Counted from the first letter of the stretch, positions 1 to 10,300 are shown. The stretch is DNA of 64,000 nt from Candidatus Woesearchaeota archaeon (GCA_003599055.1 QZIM01000002.1:517-64516), one strand, 5' to 3'. Numbers and translations are program-made. The notes: a model not told the origin generated them from the sequence alone.

Positions 1-149
1 TTGGATGTTTTCTTTGCGCGTTTCTTGGCCATTCTGTCCTCTTTTGTGATGTAGTGAGGTGGTCGGCGGGACGGGTTTAAAATGCTTTGGGCAGTACACG
101 CGCGCGGGTAGTACATTAAGTATTTAAGTTTCTGAAGGCAGCAAGGAAT

Positions 150-542
150 ATGCTCGCCCAATTGATTGTAAGAGGAGGTCTTGCGGTCGTTTTTGGCTAT
201 ATGGGTGCGGACAAGTTTTCCCGTCCTGCGGTGTGGCTGATTCAGATGCCAAGTCAGCTTCAGGGTTTTGGCGAGCAGGGGATGTTTGTCCTTGGCGCGC
301 TTGAAGTTCTTATCGCGCTTTTGCTGGTAACCAGGTTTTTCAGGATTGGCGCGCTTGGCGCATCGGCAATTCTTGTCGGTGCTATTTATACGATGGGCAT
401 TAATGATATTGCGGCAAGGGATGCGGGGCTGCTTGCAGCAGCGCTTGCCCTGCTCTTGCCGTGGGAGCATCATTTGACGTCCAAAAAGATTATGCAGAAC
501 TATGTCGGATTGCTGAAGGGGAAGCCGCATGGCGGTCATTGA
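150..542 (+). CDS. DoxX-like small membrane protein
   Basis: 130-aa ORF with ATG at 150. Four hydrophobic helices. The GGLAVVFGYMGADKF...LGALEVLIALLLV pattern resembles the DoxX family. Overlaps the pgi start by 14 nt. Confidence 0.5.
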   Translation: MLAQLIVRGGLAVVFGYMGADKFSRPAVWLIQMPSQLQGFGEQGMFVLGALEVLIALLLVTRFFRIGALGASAILVGAIYTMGINDIAARDAGLLAAALALLLPWEHHLTSKKIMQNYVGLLKGKPHGGH

Positions 543-1797
543 TTTTGGCGCGTGCGGGGTTGCAAAGGCAAGGCGCCAAAAGCGGGTGAAGCGTCTTGCG
601 CCTGAACTGAAGCGTCTTCGCGCGGCAACGTATGCGGATGTGCGCGCAAGCGTGTGTGTTCCGAATGACCGTTCAATTGTGCACGTGGTGGAGGCGGCGG
701 TTGCGCTCAAAAAAAAGCTTAATCCGGCGCTTATTGTGGTTGTGGGCATCGGCGGGAGTAATTTGGGTGCTGAGGCGGTTTTGGAGGCACTGCGGGGCAG
801 TGGGCAGCGCCGTGTTTTATGGGCGGATACGGTTGACTCTGACGCGCTTTCAAAAATTGTTCAGGAAATGCAGGACGTTTTGCGTTCAGGCCGTCAAGTG
901 ATTGTTAATGTGATTAGCAAAAGCGGCGGAACGCTCGAGACGATTGCGAATTTTGAAGTCCTGCTGAATGTGCTTCGCCGCCACCGGAAAAACGCGCACG
1001 AGTTTGTGATGGTGACGACGGATAAGGGGAGTAAGCTCTGGGAGCTTGCAATCAGGAATAGGTATTCCTTGCTTGAAATTCCAAAGAATGTGGGCGGCAG
1101 GTACAGTGTGTTTACGGCAGTCGGCTTGTTCCCGCTGGGGCTGGCAGGGGTTGATATTCGGGAGTTGGTCGGTGGCGCAAGGGATATGCTTGCGCAGTGT
1201 TTGGAGGAAAGAGGGCCTGCAGCTGAGGGCGCAGCGGTACTTTATGAGCAGTACAACTCCGGGCGCACAATCCACGACTTTTTCGTGTTTGCAAAGGACC
1301 TTGAGGCGCTTGGCAAGTGGTATCGCCAATTGCTTGCCGAGAGTACGGGAAAAGAGTTTGACCAAACGGGAAAGCGTGTAAGGGCAGGCCTCACGCCGAC
1401 CGTGAGCGTGGGCTCGACCGATTTGCACAGTATGGGGCAGCTGTATTTGGGCGGGCCAAGGAACAAGTCGTGGACGATGGTCACGGCGCATTTTCAAAAC
1501 GAAGTCACGCTGCCGAATTACGCAGAGTTCAACAAAATCGTTCCAAACTTGCAAAAACGTTCTGTGCACGAATTGATGCGCGCGATAGCGCAGGGTACGA
1601 TGCGCACGTACAAAAAACAGGGCTTGCCGTACGTGCACGTGAAGCTTGCGGGCAAGACCGAGCGCGAAATCGGTGCCCTGATGCAGTGGAAGATGGTTGA
1701 GACAATTCTTTTGGCAAAGTTGATGAATGTGAACCCGTTCGACCAGCCGAGTGTTGAGAGTTATAAGAAAGAGGCACGAAAGTTGCTGTCAAGGTAG
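529..1797 (+). CDS. pgi: glucose-6-phosphate isomerase
   Basis: 422 aa with PGI/SIS motifs GIGGSNLGAEAV and ISKSGGTLET and a conserved C-terminal block FDQPSVESYK. Confidence 0.9.
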   Translation: MAVIDFGACGVAKARRQKRVKRLAPELKRLRAATYADVRASVCVPNDRSIVHVVEAAVALKKKLNPALIVVVGIGGSNLGAEAVLEALRGSGQRRVLWADTVDSDALSKIVQEMQDVLRSGRQVIVNVISKSGGTLETIANFEVLLNVLRRHRKNAHEFVMVTTDKGSKLWELAIRNRYSLLEIPKNVGGRYSVFTAVGLFPLGLAGVDIRELVGGARDMLAQCLEERGPAAEGAAVLYEQYNSGRTIHDFFVFAKDLEALGKWYRQLLAESTGKEFDQTGKRVRAGLTPTVSVGSTDLHSMGQLYLGGPRNKSWTMVTAHFQNEVTLPNYAEFNKIVPNLQKRSVHELMRAIAQGTMRTYKKQGLPYVHVKLAGKTEREIGALMQWKMVETILLAKLMNVNPFDQPSVESYKKEARKLLSR

Positions 1798-1850
1798 ATT
1801 TTGGGCACGTGAGTTGTGGCAAGACAGGGTCGCGCGACATCTGCGTAGCG

Positions 1851-2030
1851 AGAGAAAAGTTGTTTCTCTATTCGCGCAGCGAATAGTTTGTCGTTTGTTT
1901 CTCGAGTCGCGGCAATCTGAGATTGCCGAGAACTCGGAAATCTGCGGATTTCCGCGTCGGAGCTGAGGAGCGCTTTGATCGAATCACGAAAATCAGAGAT
2001 TTTCGGGAACCAGAAAACCTCCGGTTTTCT
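1851..2030. repeat. array of seven short perfect hairpins with related stems
   Basis: Read directly. AGAGAAA-5-TTTCTCT (1851-1869). ATTCGC-GCA-GCGAAT (1870-1884). CGGCAATC-TGA-GATTGCCG (1910-1928). CGGAAATC-TGCG-GATTTCCG (1935-1954). Weak TGAT-CGA-ATCA (about 1976-1986). CGAAAATC-AGA-GATTTTCG (1987-2005). AGAAAACC-TCC-GGTTTTCT (2012-2030). Confidence 0.8.
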
Positions 2031-2253
2031 TGTCTTTAGATAAAGTTCGTTGTGCCAGCCGAGCGTGGAAGCGTACAAGGTTGAAGCGAGGAAGTTTTTG
2101 TCGCGGTAGATGATTCCCTGTCTTGTTTTTCTTAAAAAAGTTTAAATACTTTCGTGCATTTTTTTGTGAAAGAATCATAAAAGGGGGAGTATAATACGTG
2201 ATTGTGCTAAACTGCATAAATCAAGGTGCCTAATTGAGCAATAAAGAGTGTGA

Positions 2254-5200
2254 ATGGCGAATATTCGTTTTGAAGTGAGAGCAGAGCACGTTTTGGCCGT
2301 GTTTGTCATAGTTTTCCTGCTCTTTGCCGCCCAAACGCTGATTCGCGGGGGAATCACGGGCGCTATTGTTTTGCCGCCAAGCGGCAACTTGTCTTGTGAG
2401 TTTATCGAGCTTGCGAACGCGTCCTGTCCGGGAGGGTACACGCGCATTTTCGGGATGTCTGCGCAGGAGAACGCGCACGTTGAGGCGCAAAACGAGTCAA
2501 ACTATAACGTGAGCGTGTGCTGTCGTGACTTAACGGGCAGTAACGCGCTTGGCACGGGAAGCGATGGGACGGGTGTAATAAATCTCAGCAATTTCACAAA
2601 TGCGCACGCAGAGACTCCGTCAAGTGGGAACTATTTGGTTCCGGTCTATCTGAACGCATCAAATGCCTCAATTGGCTGTTCGGTGAACCTGACGGGCGAG
2701 GGTTCCTGTCCTGCGGATTTTGCGTGTATGGGGACGCTTTCAAATGAGACGAATGCTCACGTGAGCAATTGTACGGGCACGGGCAGGTATAATGTGACGG
2801 TGTGCTGCAGCATCGGCGCATTAATCACGGTGTATTTGCACCCGAACACGGCGCCAACGGACAACCTCACGGCGAACGGCTCAATCAACGGGACGCTCGT
2901 GAACGGCACGGAAACGTCTTACGAAACGCAGGATATTTTGTATTTCAACGCCTCAGACAATGACAAGCGGTTCCTCTCGATTCTTGGACAGTTTAACTTA
3001 AGCAACGTGGATGCGCGCTCGCTCGTGATTGAGTACAACCAAAGCGCGGTTGCGGCAAACCTTTCGGGCGTGACGGGCGCGGCAGCCAATCACACGCTTT
3101 TCCTTGCAAATAACAGCAATAATCTCGGCGTCCACGTTTGTCCGAATGCGGAATCGCTTGCGGATATTGTTCCCGGCTGCACGGGAGAAGTGAATTTCAC
3201 AGGACCGTTCCCGCAGTCAATTCCGCCGATAACGGTTTCCGCGGACGGAACTGATTTCCGCATTGAGAACATTTTGGGCTCGGGCGTGGAGCTCATTTTC
3301 ACGCTCAATACGTCGGTCACGAATTCAAACCTGTCGAACTCGACGGCGCAGGACAGTGTGCTTGTTGATTCGAGTATGAATGACAGCAGTGTCTCATCGT
3401 CGAGCAGCAAGGTGAATGTGACGATGGTGAACAGCACAAACATCAACAGCACGGTGTCGTTTGCAATTGAGATTGACACAATTCTTACAACGACAAACGC
3501 CTCAAACTGCCGTTTTGAGCAAACAACGGTCACGGGCAGTTCCTGCCTCAATAGCATTATGATTGCGGCAACCGGGACGGGCTGGGAGGTTGACCCGAGT
3601 AATGTGACGAATTCCTCGTGTTCTGCGCCGTGTAACATTACGGATTCAAATGTGAGTGATAGCACGCTGAGTAATGCAGTTATTAATAATTCAAATCTCA
3701 CGCGCAGCAACGCCACGAACAGCGAACTGCACAATTCGACGGTTGATATGTCGAATATTGTGGGCCTGATTGTGCTTGATGCGAATATTACGAACCAGTT
3801 CTGCTTTTACGGCACGATTATTCAGGGTGTGAACGTGTTTAATTGCCCGATTGCGCTCTCCTCGATTTATTCGCCGCCGAGTTCAGGTCAGGGTGGTGGC
3901 GGCTCAAGTGCGGGTGCGGGTGCTGCGGCGGGTTCGGCGGCGGCAGCGGCAGGAGCTGCGGCAGGGGCTGCTGCGTCCGGGGCGGCGTCTGCGGCAAAGG
4001 CATCGGTCTCCGTGCAGGCAGCGGCGGGCTTGGGGACGCTTCCGCAGTGTCAGACCGTGATTCCGAAGGTGACAAGTGAGCGGCCGGAAATTCCGCCGGA
4101 CTTTGTGCTGCTCGGCAAGTCTGACTTCACCTGTTTCAACAATATTGCGGATTTCACGATTAATGTGCCTGACCAGTATGATGACTTGCGCGCGATTCGC
4201 TGCAGGAGAGGGGTGTGTGCGGAGGTTGAGACAACGGAGCGCGCGCAGCAGCAGCTTTTGTGCGGCGAGCAGACCGTGCGTGAGATTCGTGATGAGCAGA
4301 TTGCAACAGTGCGGGCGAATGTCAGTGTGGAAATTCCGGTGACCTTGGAGACGGACAGGTTCTTCTCTGATGCGAATCGGCAGACGATTATCGGCCCGTA
4401 TGAATTGGTGTTTGACGGGTTGCTTCCGCCACGGTTTGTGGGGCGGGTAAGTATTGTGCAGTCGGGAGTTCCGCTGCCGCCCAATCCGCGGGTCGTTTTG
4501 CTTTTGCCGCCGGTGCGCGTAGCGCTTGATGACGTTCGGCAGGGTATTTGGTTTAATGTGTCGGTTCCTTCGGTTCGGGGAATTGATGTTTCAACGCTGA
4601 CGCTTGCGACGTATCAGCGCGGGCAGTGGGTTCTTCTTGGCGGAGAGTATGACCCGCAAACGGATTCGGTGAAGGTGCATATTCCTGATGCGGGTGAGTT
4701 TGCGGATGATGGCGAGGCGACATTTGGCCTTCTTGGGGTTGTGTGCGAGGCGTGCACGCACGCAGAGCTTGTGCAGGACTACACGGACGGCTCGTCGAGG
4801 CGGGCGCTTATTTTGGTGCACGGCCTTACGGCAAATTCGCTCAAATTCGGGACGCTGATTGATGACTTCCGCCTGAACAGCCAGCCCTGGCAGGTGTGGA
4901 CGCTGCGGTACCCGTATAACGTGAGTATTGAGGAGAACGCGCGGGAGCTGAGTGATTTGTTGACGCTGCACAGTGAGGAGTTTGATGAGGTGTACGTGCT
5001 TGGCCATTCGCTTGGCGGCTTGATTGCGCAGCAGGCATTGTGGGATTCGTATCAGCGCGTGCGCGAGGGCGGGCAGGTTCCGTGGCTTGGCAAGGTGAAG
5101 CGTGCAATTATCGTCGGAACGCCCAATCAGGGGTCGCCGACGGCGGACGTGTATCGCGCCCTGCTGAGCAACCTGTTTAATTTGTCCGCGTCGGCAAGCC

Positions 5201-6390
5201 CGTTCGATGTGAATTCGAGTATTATTCAGGATTTGGCGTTTGGCCGCTCGATTCCGCCGGTTCCGGGAATTGACTATCAGGTGATTGTGGGGACAAGGGC
5301 GATTCCGTTCACGGAGCGCTTGTTCGGCGCTGCCGCAAATGACGGTGTTTTGACGCCGGAGAGCGGCTCAACGCTTGGGGATGTTGCGTTCAGGAATGCG
5401 TGTGAGAATTATTATGCGATTAATATCACGCACGTGGACCTTGATGACCATCCGACGGCGATTCGCGTGGTGCAGCGGATTTTGAATAAGGAGCTTGCAA
5501 CAAGTAATCCGAATCTTCCGCTGCTTGGTTTCAACCAGTATTTGCGCGTCCATACTTCGGATTGTTCGCCTGAGGACAGTTATTTCATTATCGGCCGTCC
5601 GATTCCGGAAGAGGCCACGTTTGACCCGCTGCTCTGCGAGTGCGGGAACAGGTATTGTAATGAGGGTGAGACGCCGGAGAATTGTCCGAGTGATTGTGCG
5701 CGTATTTCGCTGCTCACGCAAAGTTGTGTGGGGATTGTGATTGCGGCCTACCCGATTGTTTTGCTGACGGTTTTGCTGGTGGGCTGGCGTTATGCGCTTT
5801 GGGCGGTGCGTAAGCGTCGTGGAGGCATTTCGAAAGTGCTGATGTGGGCGGCAGTGGCAGCGCTCGTGTTGGTTGCGCTGGTGCAGCCGCTTGCGTGTAA
5901 GGGCCCGAATGCAGTGGTGATTGTGGCAGCGCTCGGCGCGCTTTGCCTTGCCGTTTTGGAATTGTTTGCGGAGCGGCCAAGGGAGAACGTTCCCCGCTCG
6001 GTTGACGAGGCGATGGCCGCGCTTCCTCCTGAATCAAAGCGATTACTGAGGCAAAAGTTAGGCAGGCACGCGCCCAAGGAGGTGCCGCCCGCAGGTGAGG
6101 TGCCGGTGCAGGAAAAAATTGTGCTTTTGGCAAAGGACGAGCGGGAAGTGCCGAAAAAGAAAGGCAGGGCGCCTGCGGAAAAACAGGTGGCAAAGGGAAT
6201 GTCCGTCGTGGATGCACTGCGAAATGTCGCGGCGGCAGTGCGAAAAGGGCGGGAGAAGCGTAAAGAACAGCGCCGTTTGGCGCAGATTGCCAAGGACGCT
6301 TCTTTTGGCATTAACCTGGAAAAGATTGACGAAACAATTGATGCCTTGCCTGATGAGGTGAAGCGCAGGCTCAGGCGCAGGAAGAAGTAA
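2254..6390 (+). CDS. giant membrane-anchored surface glycoprotein with alpha/beta-hydrolase (lipase-like) domain
   Basis: 1378 aa with an N-terminal signal anchor and very many N-x-S/T sequons. Three N-terminal repeats carry the NAH...YNV(S/T)VCC signature. An Ala/Gly linker lies at about 3880-4020. Hydrolase block LILVHGL...VLGHSLGG...VGTPNQGSP lies at about 4790-5500. Also a CECGNRYCNEGETPENCPSDC motif, C-terminal TM helices and a K/R/E-rich tail. Confidence 0.75.
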   Translation: MANIRFEVRAEHVLAVFVIVFLLFAAQTLIRGGITGAIVLPPSGNLSCEFIELANASCPGGYTRIFGMSAQENAHVEAQNESNYNVSVCCRDLTGSNALGTGSDGTGVINLSNFTNAHAETPSSGNYLVPVYLNASNASIGCSVNLTGEGSCPADFACMGTLSNETNAHVSNCTGTGRYNVTVCCSIGALITVYLHPNTAPTDNLTANGSINGTLVNGTETSYETQDILYFNASDNDKRFLSILGQFNLSNVDARSLVIEYNQSAVAANLSGVTGAAANHTLFLANNSNNLGVHVCPNAESLADIVPGCTGEVNFTGPFPQSIPPITVSADGTDFRIENILGSGVELIFTLNTSVTNSNLSNSTAQDSVLVDSSMNDSSVSSSSSKVNVTMVNSTNINSTVSFAIEIDTILTTTNASNCRFEQTTVTGSSCLNSIMIAATGTGWEVDPSNVTNSSCSAPCNITDSNVSDSTLSNAVINNSNLTRSNATNSELHNSTVDMSNIVGLIVLDANITNQFCFYGTIIQGVNVFNCPIALSSIYSPPSSGQGGGGSSAGAGAAAGSAAAAAGAAAGAAASGAASAAKASVSVQAAAGLGTLPQCQTVIPKVTSERPEIPPDFVLLGKSDFTCFNNIADFTINVPDQYDDLRAIRCRRGVCAEVETTERAQQQLLCGEQTVREIRDEQIATVRANVSVEIPVTLETDRFFSDANRQTIIGPYELVFDGLLPPRFVGRVSIVQSGVPLPPNPRVVLLLPPVRVALDDVRQGIWFNVSVPSVRGIDVSTLTLATYQRGQWVLLGGEYDPQTDSVKVHIPDAGEFADDGEATFGLLGVVCEACTHAELVQDYTDGSSRRALILVHGLTANSLKFGTLIDDFRLNSQPWQVWTLRYPYNVSIEENARELSDLLTLHSEEFDEVYVLGHSLGGLIAQQALWDSYQRVREGGQVPWLGKVKRAIIVGTPNQGSPTADVYRALLSNLFNLSASASPFDVNSSIIQDLAFGRSIPPVPGIDYQVIVGTRAIPFTERLFGAAANDGVLTPESGSTLGDVAFRNACENYYAINITHVDLDDHPTAIRVVQRILNKELATSNPNLPLLGFNQYLRVHTSDCSPEDSYFIIGRPIPEEATFDPLLCECGNRYCNEGETPENCPSDCARISLLTQSCVGIVIAAYPIVLLTVLLVGWRYALWAVRKRRGGISKVLMWAAVAALVLVALVQPLACKGPNAVVIVAALGALCLAVLELFAERPRENVPRSVDEAMAALPPESKRLLRQKLGRHAPKEVPPAGEVPVQEKIVLLAKDEREVPKKKGRAPAEKQVAKGMSVVDALRNVAAAVRKGREKRKEQRRLAQIAKDASFGINLEKIDETIDALPDEVKRRLRRRKK

Positions 6391-6396
6391 TTTTTT
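6391..6396 (+). terminator. oligo-T tract immediately after the stop codon
   Basis: TTTTTT directly follows TAA at 6388-6390. Archaeal terminators are typically T-runs. Confidence 0.4.
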
Positions 6397-6416
6397 CTTC
6401 AGGTACTTTTAATTCT

Positions 6417-6549
6417 GAGAACTGATAACCGAGAACTGATAACCGAGAACTGATAACCGAGAACTGAAGTCTGATAACTGAAGTCTGACGACTGAAAACC
6501 GATAATCAAGACCTGAAGTATGACAACTGAGAACCGATAACTGACAACC
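6417..6549 (+). repeat. 19 consecutive heptads of consensus GAnAACY (first 49 nt is (GAGAACTGATAACC) x3.5)
   Basis: Read directly: GAGAACT GATAACC x3, then GAGAACT GAAGTCT GATAACT GAAGTCT GACGACT GAAAACC GATAATC AAGACCT GAAGTAT GACAACT GAGAACC GATAACT GACAACC. Lies between convergent genes. Confidence 0.9.
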
Positions 6550-6561
6550 AACTACCCTCTC

Positions 6562-7302
6562 TTACGTGAATATTCCCTTTATCCATCCAAGGAACCGTTC
6601 GAACCAGCTTTTCTTGCGGGGAAGCTCATCGAGCGGCTCGTATGCTCCGACGGGCGGTTTTGTTTTTATCTTGTTCTGGGTGGTGTTAAGGGCAGGCGTG
6701 CGGTTTATCGGGACTAATGGTACGTCCGATACGTTCGCGAAAGTCGTGTTGGCAGGAGCAGGAGTTACGTTTGTTTTTTGTTGTGAGAAGTAGGATGGCT
6801 TGCTTCCTGTGCTGGTGGGGATGATGAATGAGCTGACTTTGAGTGATGCGAGGTTTTCGCGGGCAAGGAACCGCGCGGCTTGGTGGCGGTCTTCAGGGGT
6901 GAGCCCGGTGATGAGGAGTTGTTGTTTGCCGTTGTGTTCGAAAACCTTGATGTATCCTGCGCTTCCGCCGAGGTTGGCAAAGCAGGGGTTTGGGTTTCCT
7001 TCAAGCTGGGCTGCTGCCTTGTTTTCGCACGGACTCCCGATGATAATTGCGTCGTGGAGCGTGATGTCGCCGATTTCGGTGTCAAGGCGCGAGGTCCCGA
7101 CGGCGGTTGTGAGGTTGTAGCGTGTGATTCCGGTGCTGATGACGGTGGCGGAGACAACGTCAAGGGCTGCGCTTTCTTCGCCGACGACGTACACTGCGCT
7201 GAAGTTGCCGTTGCGGGAGAACATGGCGGGGAAGTCGGAGATGGTTGCAGCAAGGGCAGAAGGGGCGAGGATGAGCAAAATGAGGAGGTGTGCGGTTTTC
7301 AT
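6562..7302 (-). CDS. secreted S-layer-domain-like protein
   Basis: Start moved to ATG 7302 (MKTAHLLILLILAPSALA signal peptide). The FPAMF...VYVVGEESAALDVVSA...IIIGSPCENKAAAQL...LITGLTPEDRHQAARFLA pattern is typical of archaeal S-layer-type domains. T/P/N-rich C-terminus. Confidence 0.6.
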   Translation of the reverse strand: MKTAHLLILLILAPSALAATISDFPAMFSRNGNFSAVYVVGEESAALDVVSATVISTGITRYNLTTAVGTSRLDTEIGDITLHDAIIIGSPCENKAAAQLEGNPNPCFANLGGSAGYIKVFEHNGKQQLLITGLTPEDRHQAARFLARENLASLKVSSFIIPTSTGSKPSYFSQQKTNVTPAPANTTFANVSDVPLVPINRTPALNTTQNKIKTKPPVGAYEPLDELPRKKSWFERFLGWIKGIFT

Positions 7303-7390
7303 GGCAAATTTCAGTGTGCGGCAATATTTAAACTCTGCGAGAAAACTTTTAAATAGTACGGTTATTATTTTCGTTATCAGAGTGGGTGAA

Positions 7391-10300
7391 ATGTCAAAAA
7401 GAGGGGGACTTACGTTTACGGCGCTTGCTATCTTGTTAGTTGTTACTGTTTCATTGAGTGTCGTTTCGCAGGAGTCAGGTTCTGAGGCGAATGTTTCCGA
7501 GCTGAATTTTTTTGATTTGAATAGTTCTGATGCGGTTGTTTCGCAGGCAAATGAGTCGCTTGCGGGAAGTGATGCGCCGGTCGGTTCAGATGAGGGGAGC
7601 ACAACTGTTGCGGATAGCGCAAGAGCAGGTGCTGCTGAGGCGAATGGTTCTTCAGGGCTGATTGAGCCGCAGCCCCGCACGCAACATCTGGTCCGCAAAG
7701 TTGTAAGTGATGCGCGTATTCACGCGGGCGCGGTTGCTCAGGTGCAAAGTGAGGGCAGCGCGAGCGTCATTGTTCTTCTCGCCGATGTTGACTCGGGACG
7801 GTCGGCAAGTGCGCAGGGTGTTGCCGTATCGCGTGAGCGTGCAGGGCGTGCAAAGCAGGCGTTCAGGGAGTCACTTGCGGGGAAAGGTATTTCTGATGCA
7901 AGTGTGAGTATCGAGCAGGAGTTGTACACGGTTGGAGCGGTGGCAATGACGGTTGATGAGGCAGGGCTTGCTGCCTTGCAGGAAAACCCGCTTGTTGCGC
8001 GCGTGTTGCCGAACGGGAAGCGCTCAATTAGCCGCGGGACAATCAGTGATGCGGGCATTTCGCTCAATGAGAGTGCGCCCGTGATAAATTCGGATGACGT
8101 TGCGAATTTGACGGTGAACGGCAGCAACCTGACCGGGCACGGCGAGATTGTTTGCGTGATTGATACGGGGATTGACACGTCACACCTCTTGTTTGGTCCG
8201 GTAATTGAGGCAAGTAATATTGTTGGCGGCATTTTCGGAGGGTATGATTTTGTGAATAATGATACAAACGCAAGTGACGACAATAATCACGGGACGCACG
8301 TGTCGGGAATTGCCGTTGGGAATTTCAGCCCGTATTTTGGGACGGCAAGGAACGCGCAGGTGGTTCCGGTGAAGGTGTGTGATGCGGCAGGGAGTTGTCC
8401 TGATTTTGCGATTTTGGCAGGGGTTGACTATTGCAACAATAATATTTCGGGTGTGACGGTGATTTCCGGCTCGCTCGGCGGCGGCGCGCCGCTCAACAGT
8501 TCGACGTGTTCTGGCGACCCGCTGTTTGCTTCGCTTGAAGTGGTGCTTAATGAGTCGCTGAATAACGGTATCATTCCCGTGTTTGCGAGCGGGAATAACG
8601 GGTGCGGTGCGGGGTGTACGACGGGGGTTGACTATCCTGCCTGTTCGCCGCAGGTTATCAGCGTGGGTTCGACGACAAAGGCGGATGCAATCAGCACGTT
8701 CACGGACCGCGGCGGCGACCGGTTTGACATTTACGCGCCCGGGCAGAGTATCACCAGCAGTGTTCCGACATTTAATGCAATCCAGTCGGTGAGCGGGACA
8801 AGCCAGGCAACGCCGCACGTGTCAGGCGTGATTGCGGTCTTGCAGCAAAACGAGCGCTTGCAGGGCAGGGCGCGGCTCAATCTCACAACAATTCGCCGTT
8901 TGCTGCAGGAGACGGGTGTTCCGATTCCGTCCAATGACTCGCGTGTTGATGTGTTGCACGCGATTGCGCGGCTGAACGCGAATTTTTCGCTCAACCAGAC
9001 GGCAAACCTGGTGCGTGATGTCGCGAGCAATTCTTCGATTCAGTTTTATTCCGCGTCTGACTTGGGGCAGGTGCTCGGATGTGTTGAAGTGCGGGAGAAT
9101 TTCGCGGGCGTGAACAGTACGGATTGCCCGCAGTATAACAAGTCTGCGCACGTTGTGCTTGGCGGCGTTACAAATCCTGCGCAGCCATATGTTGACGGCG
9201 CGCCGTGCCCGTTAACGGTGTGCCAGAACGTGACGCTGACAAGCAAAGGGCTTGAGATGGACGTGACGGGCTTTAGTAATTTCACAAGCGTTCCCGGCTG
9301 CGGGATTATGATTAACGAGAGCGCGAGCCTGAATCAGTCAATCAACGCGACCGCAACGTGCATCACGTTCGGCGCGGACAATATTGAGCTTGACTGTAAT
9401 GGTTTCACGATTGGGTACGCGAATGAGTCGCTTGGTTATGGCATCAACGCGACGGGGCGGAAGAATATCACGATTCGCAATTGCGTGGTGAACCAGTCAA
9501 GCCCGATTAATAATGCGCACGCGATTTTCCTGAGCGGGACCAATAACAGTGTTATAACAAATGCGAGCCTGAATGTCACGCAGTCGCCCGGCCAGGCGGT
9601 ATATATTGAGGGGAGTGAAGAGGTTGTTGTTGGGCAGAGCAGGTTTGGAAGTGCGGCGCAGGGGAATGGGGTTTATGTGACCGGCTCGGAAAATGTCACG
9701 GTTCGGGATAATAATTTTATCAGTGCGGGACAGGCAATTGGTTTTGACTCATCGGTGCGCCTTGTTGCGGTGAATAATTCAGCGTCAATTATCGGAAACT
9801 CGATTGCGCTGGCTGCAGGAGGGCTAAATCAGGGCAGTCTGATTGAGAACAATTCAATTTCAGGCAACCAGAACCGTGCATTATTTTTCAGCGGCGGTAA
9901 TGCTGTGGCGAGAAATAATGTTCTTGTCTCACAAAGTTTGGGAGATGCGGTTGAGCTAAATGAGGTTGACGGAAATGTGACGTTGGAGCATAACGTGATT
10001 TATGCGCAAGGAACCGGCCAGGCGCTCTACCTGCGGGACGCAAACAGTTCACGATTTGTGAATAATACGGTGCGCGGTCCGGGCGGCGGCGCACTCTTAA
10101 TTATTGATGGGGCACTTAATGTGTTTGAAAACAGCAGCTTTGCTACTGACTCAGGAACGGCCACGGTGTATTTTTCAACTCTTGCGGGGTCGGTCGTAAA
10201 CAACACGTTCACAAACATCACGCTTGAGTCAAATGGTTCCTATATTCGGTCGGATGCGGCTGGTGCGGGGAACAACTTCACCGCGGCCCGTTTCTTTAAT

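Noticed and set aside
1851-2030. Possible CRISPR array (also considered for 6417-6549)
   Set aside because: The repeats are degenerate or only 7 nt long and directly abut each other. There are no unique spacers of about 30-40 nt and no cas genes in the window.
1761-2078. 105-aa minus-strand ORF (and the 1751-1966 plus-strand ORF) across the hairpin array
   Set aside because: Palindromic DNA yields open frames on both strands. There are no motifs, and one of the ORFs overlaps the end of pgi. The region is treated as non-coding, but see the hairpin-array finding for the refutation condition.
1851-2250. Replication origin (repeats plus an AT-rich stretch)
   Set aside because: There is no orc1/cdc6 gene nearby, and I could not recognise any ORB or mini-ORB-like element (dyad plus G-string). 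gyrB is 15 kb away. The evidence is insufficient.
3880-4020. GC-rich low-complexity DNA (GCGGC/GCAGC runs), plus the antisense ORFs 3839-4075 and 3843-4079
   Set aside because: It is explained as an in-frame Gly/Ala/Ser linker of the 1378-aa protein. It is not an independent repeat element.
7124-7390. N-terminal extensions offered by the ORF track (also 37780-37986, 39969-40241, 48897-48968, 56865-57065, 27460-27669, 47613-47819)
   Set aside because: The extensions overlap neighbouring genes or tRNAs, or have junk composition. Internal ATGs give signal peptides or known N-termini and fit the TATA or SD spacing.
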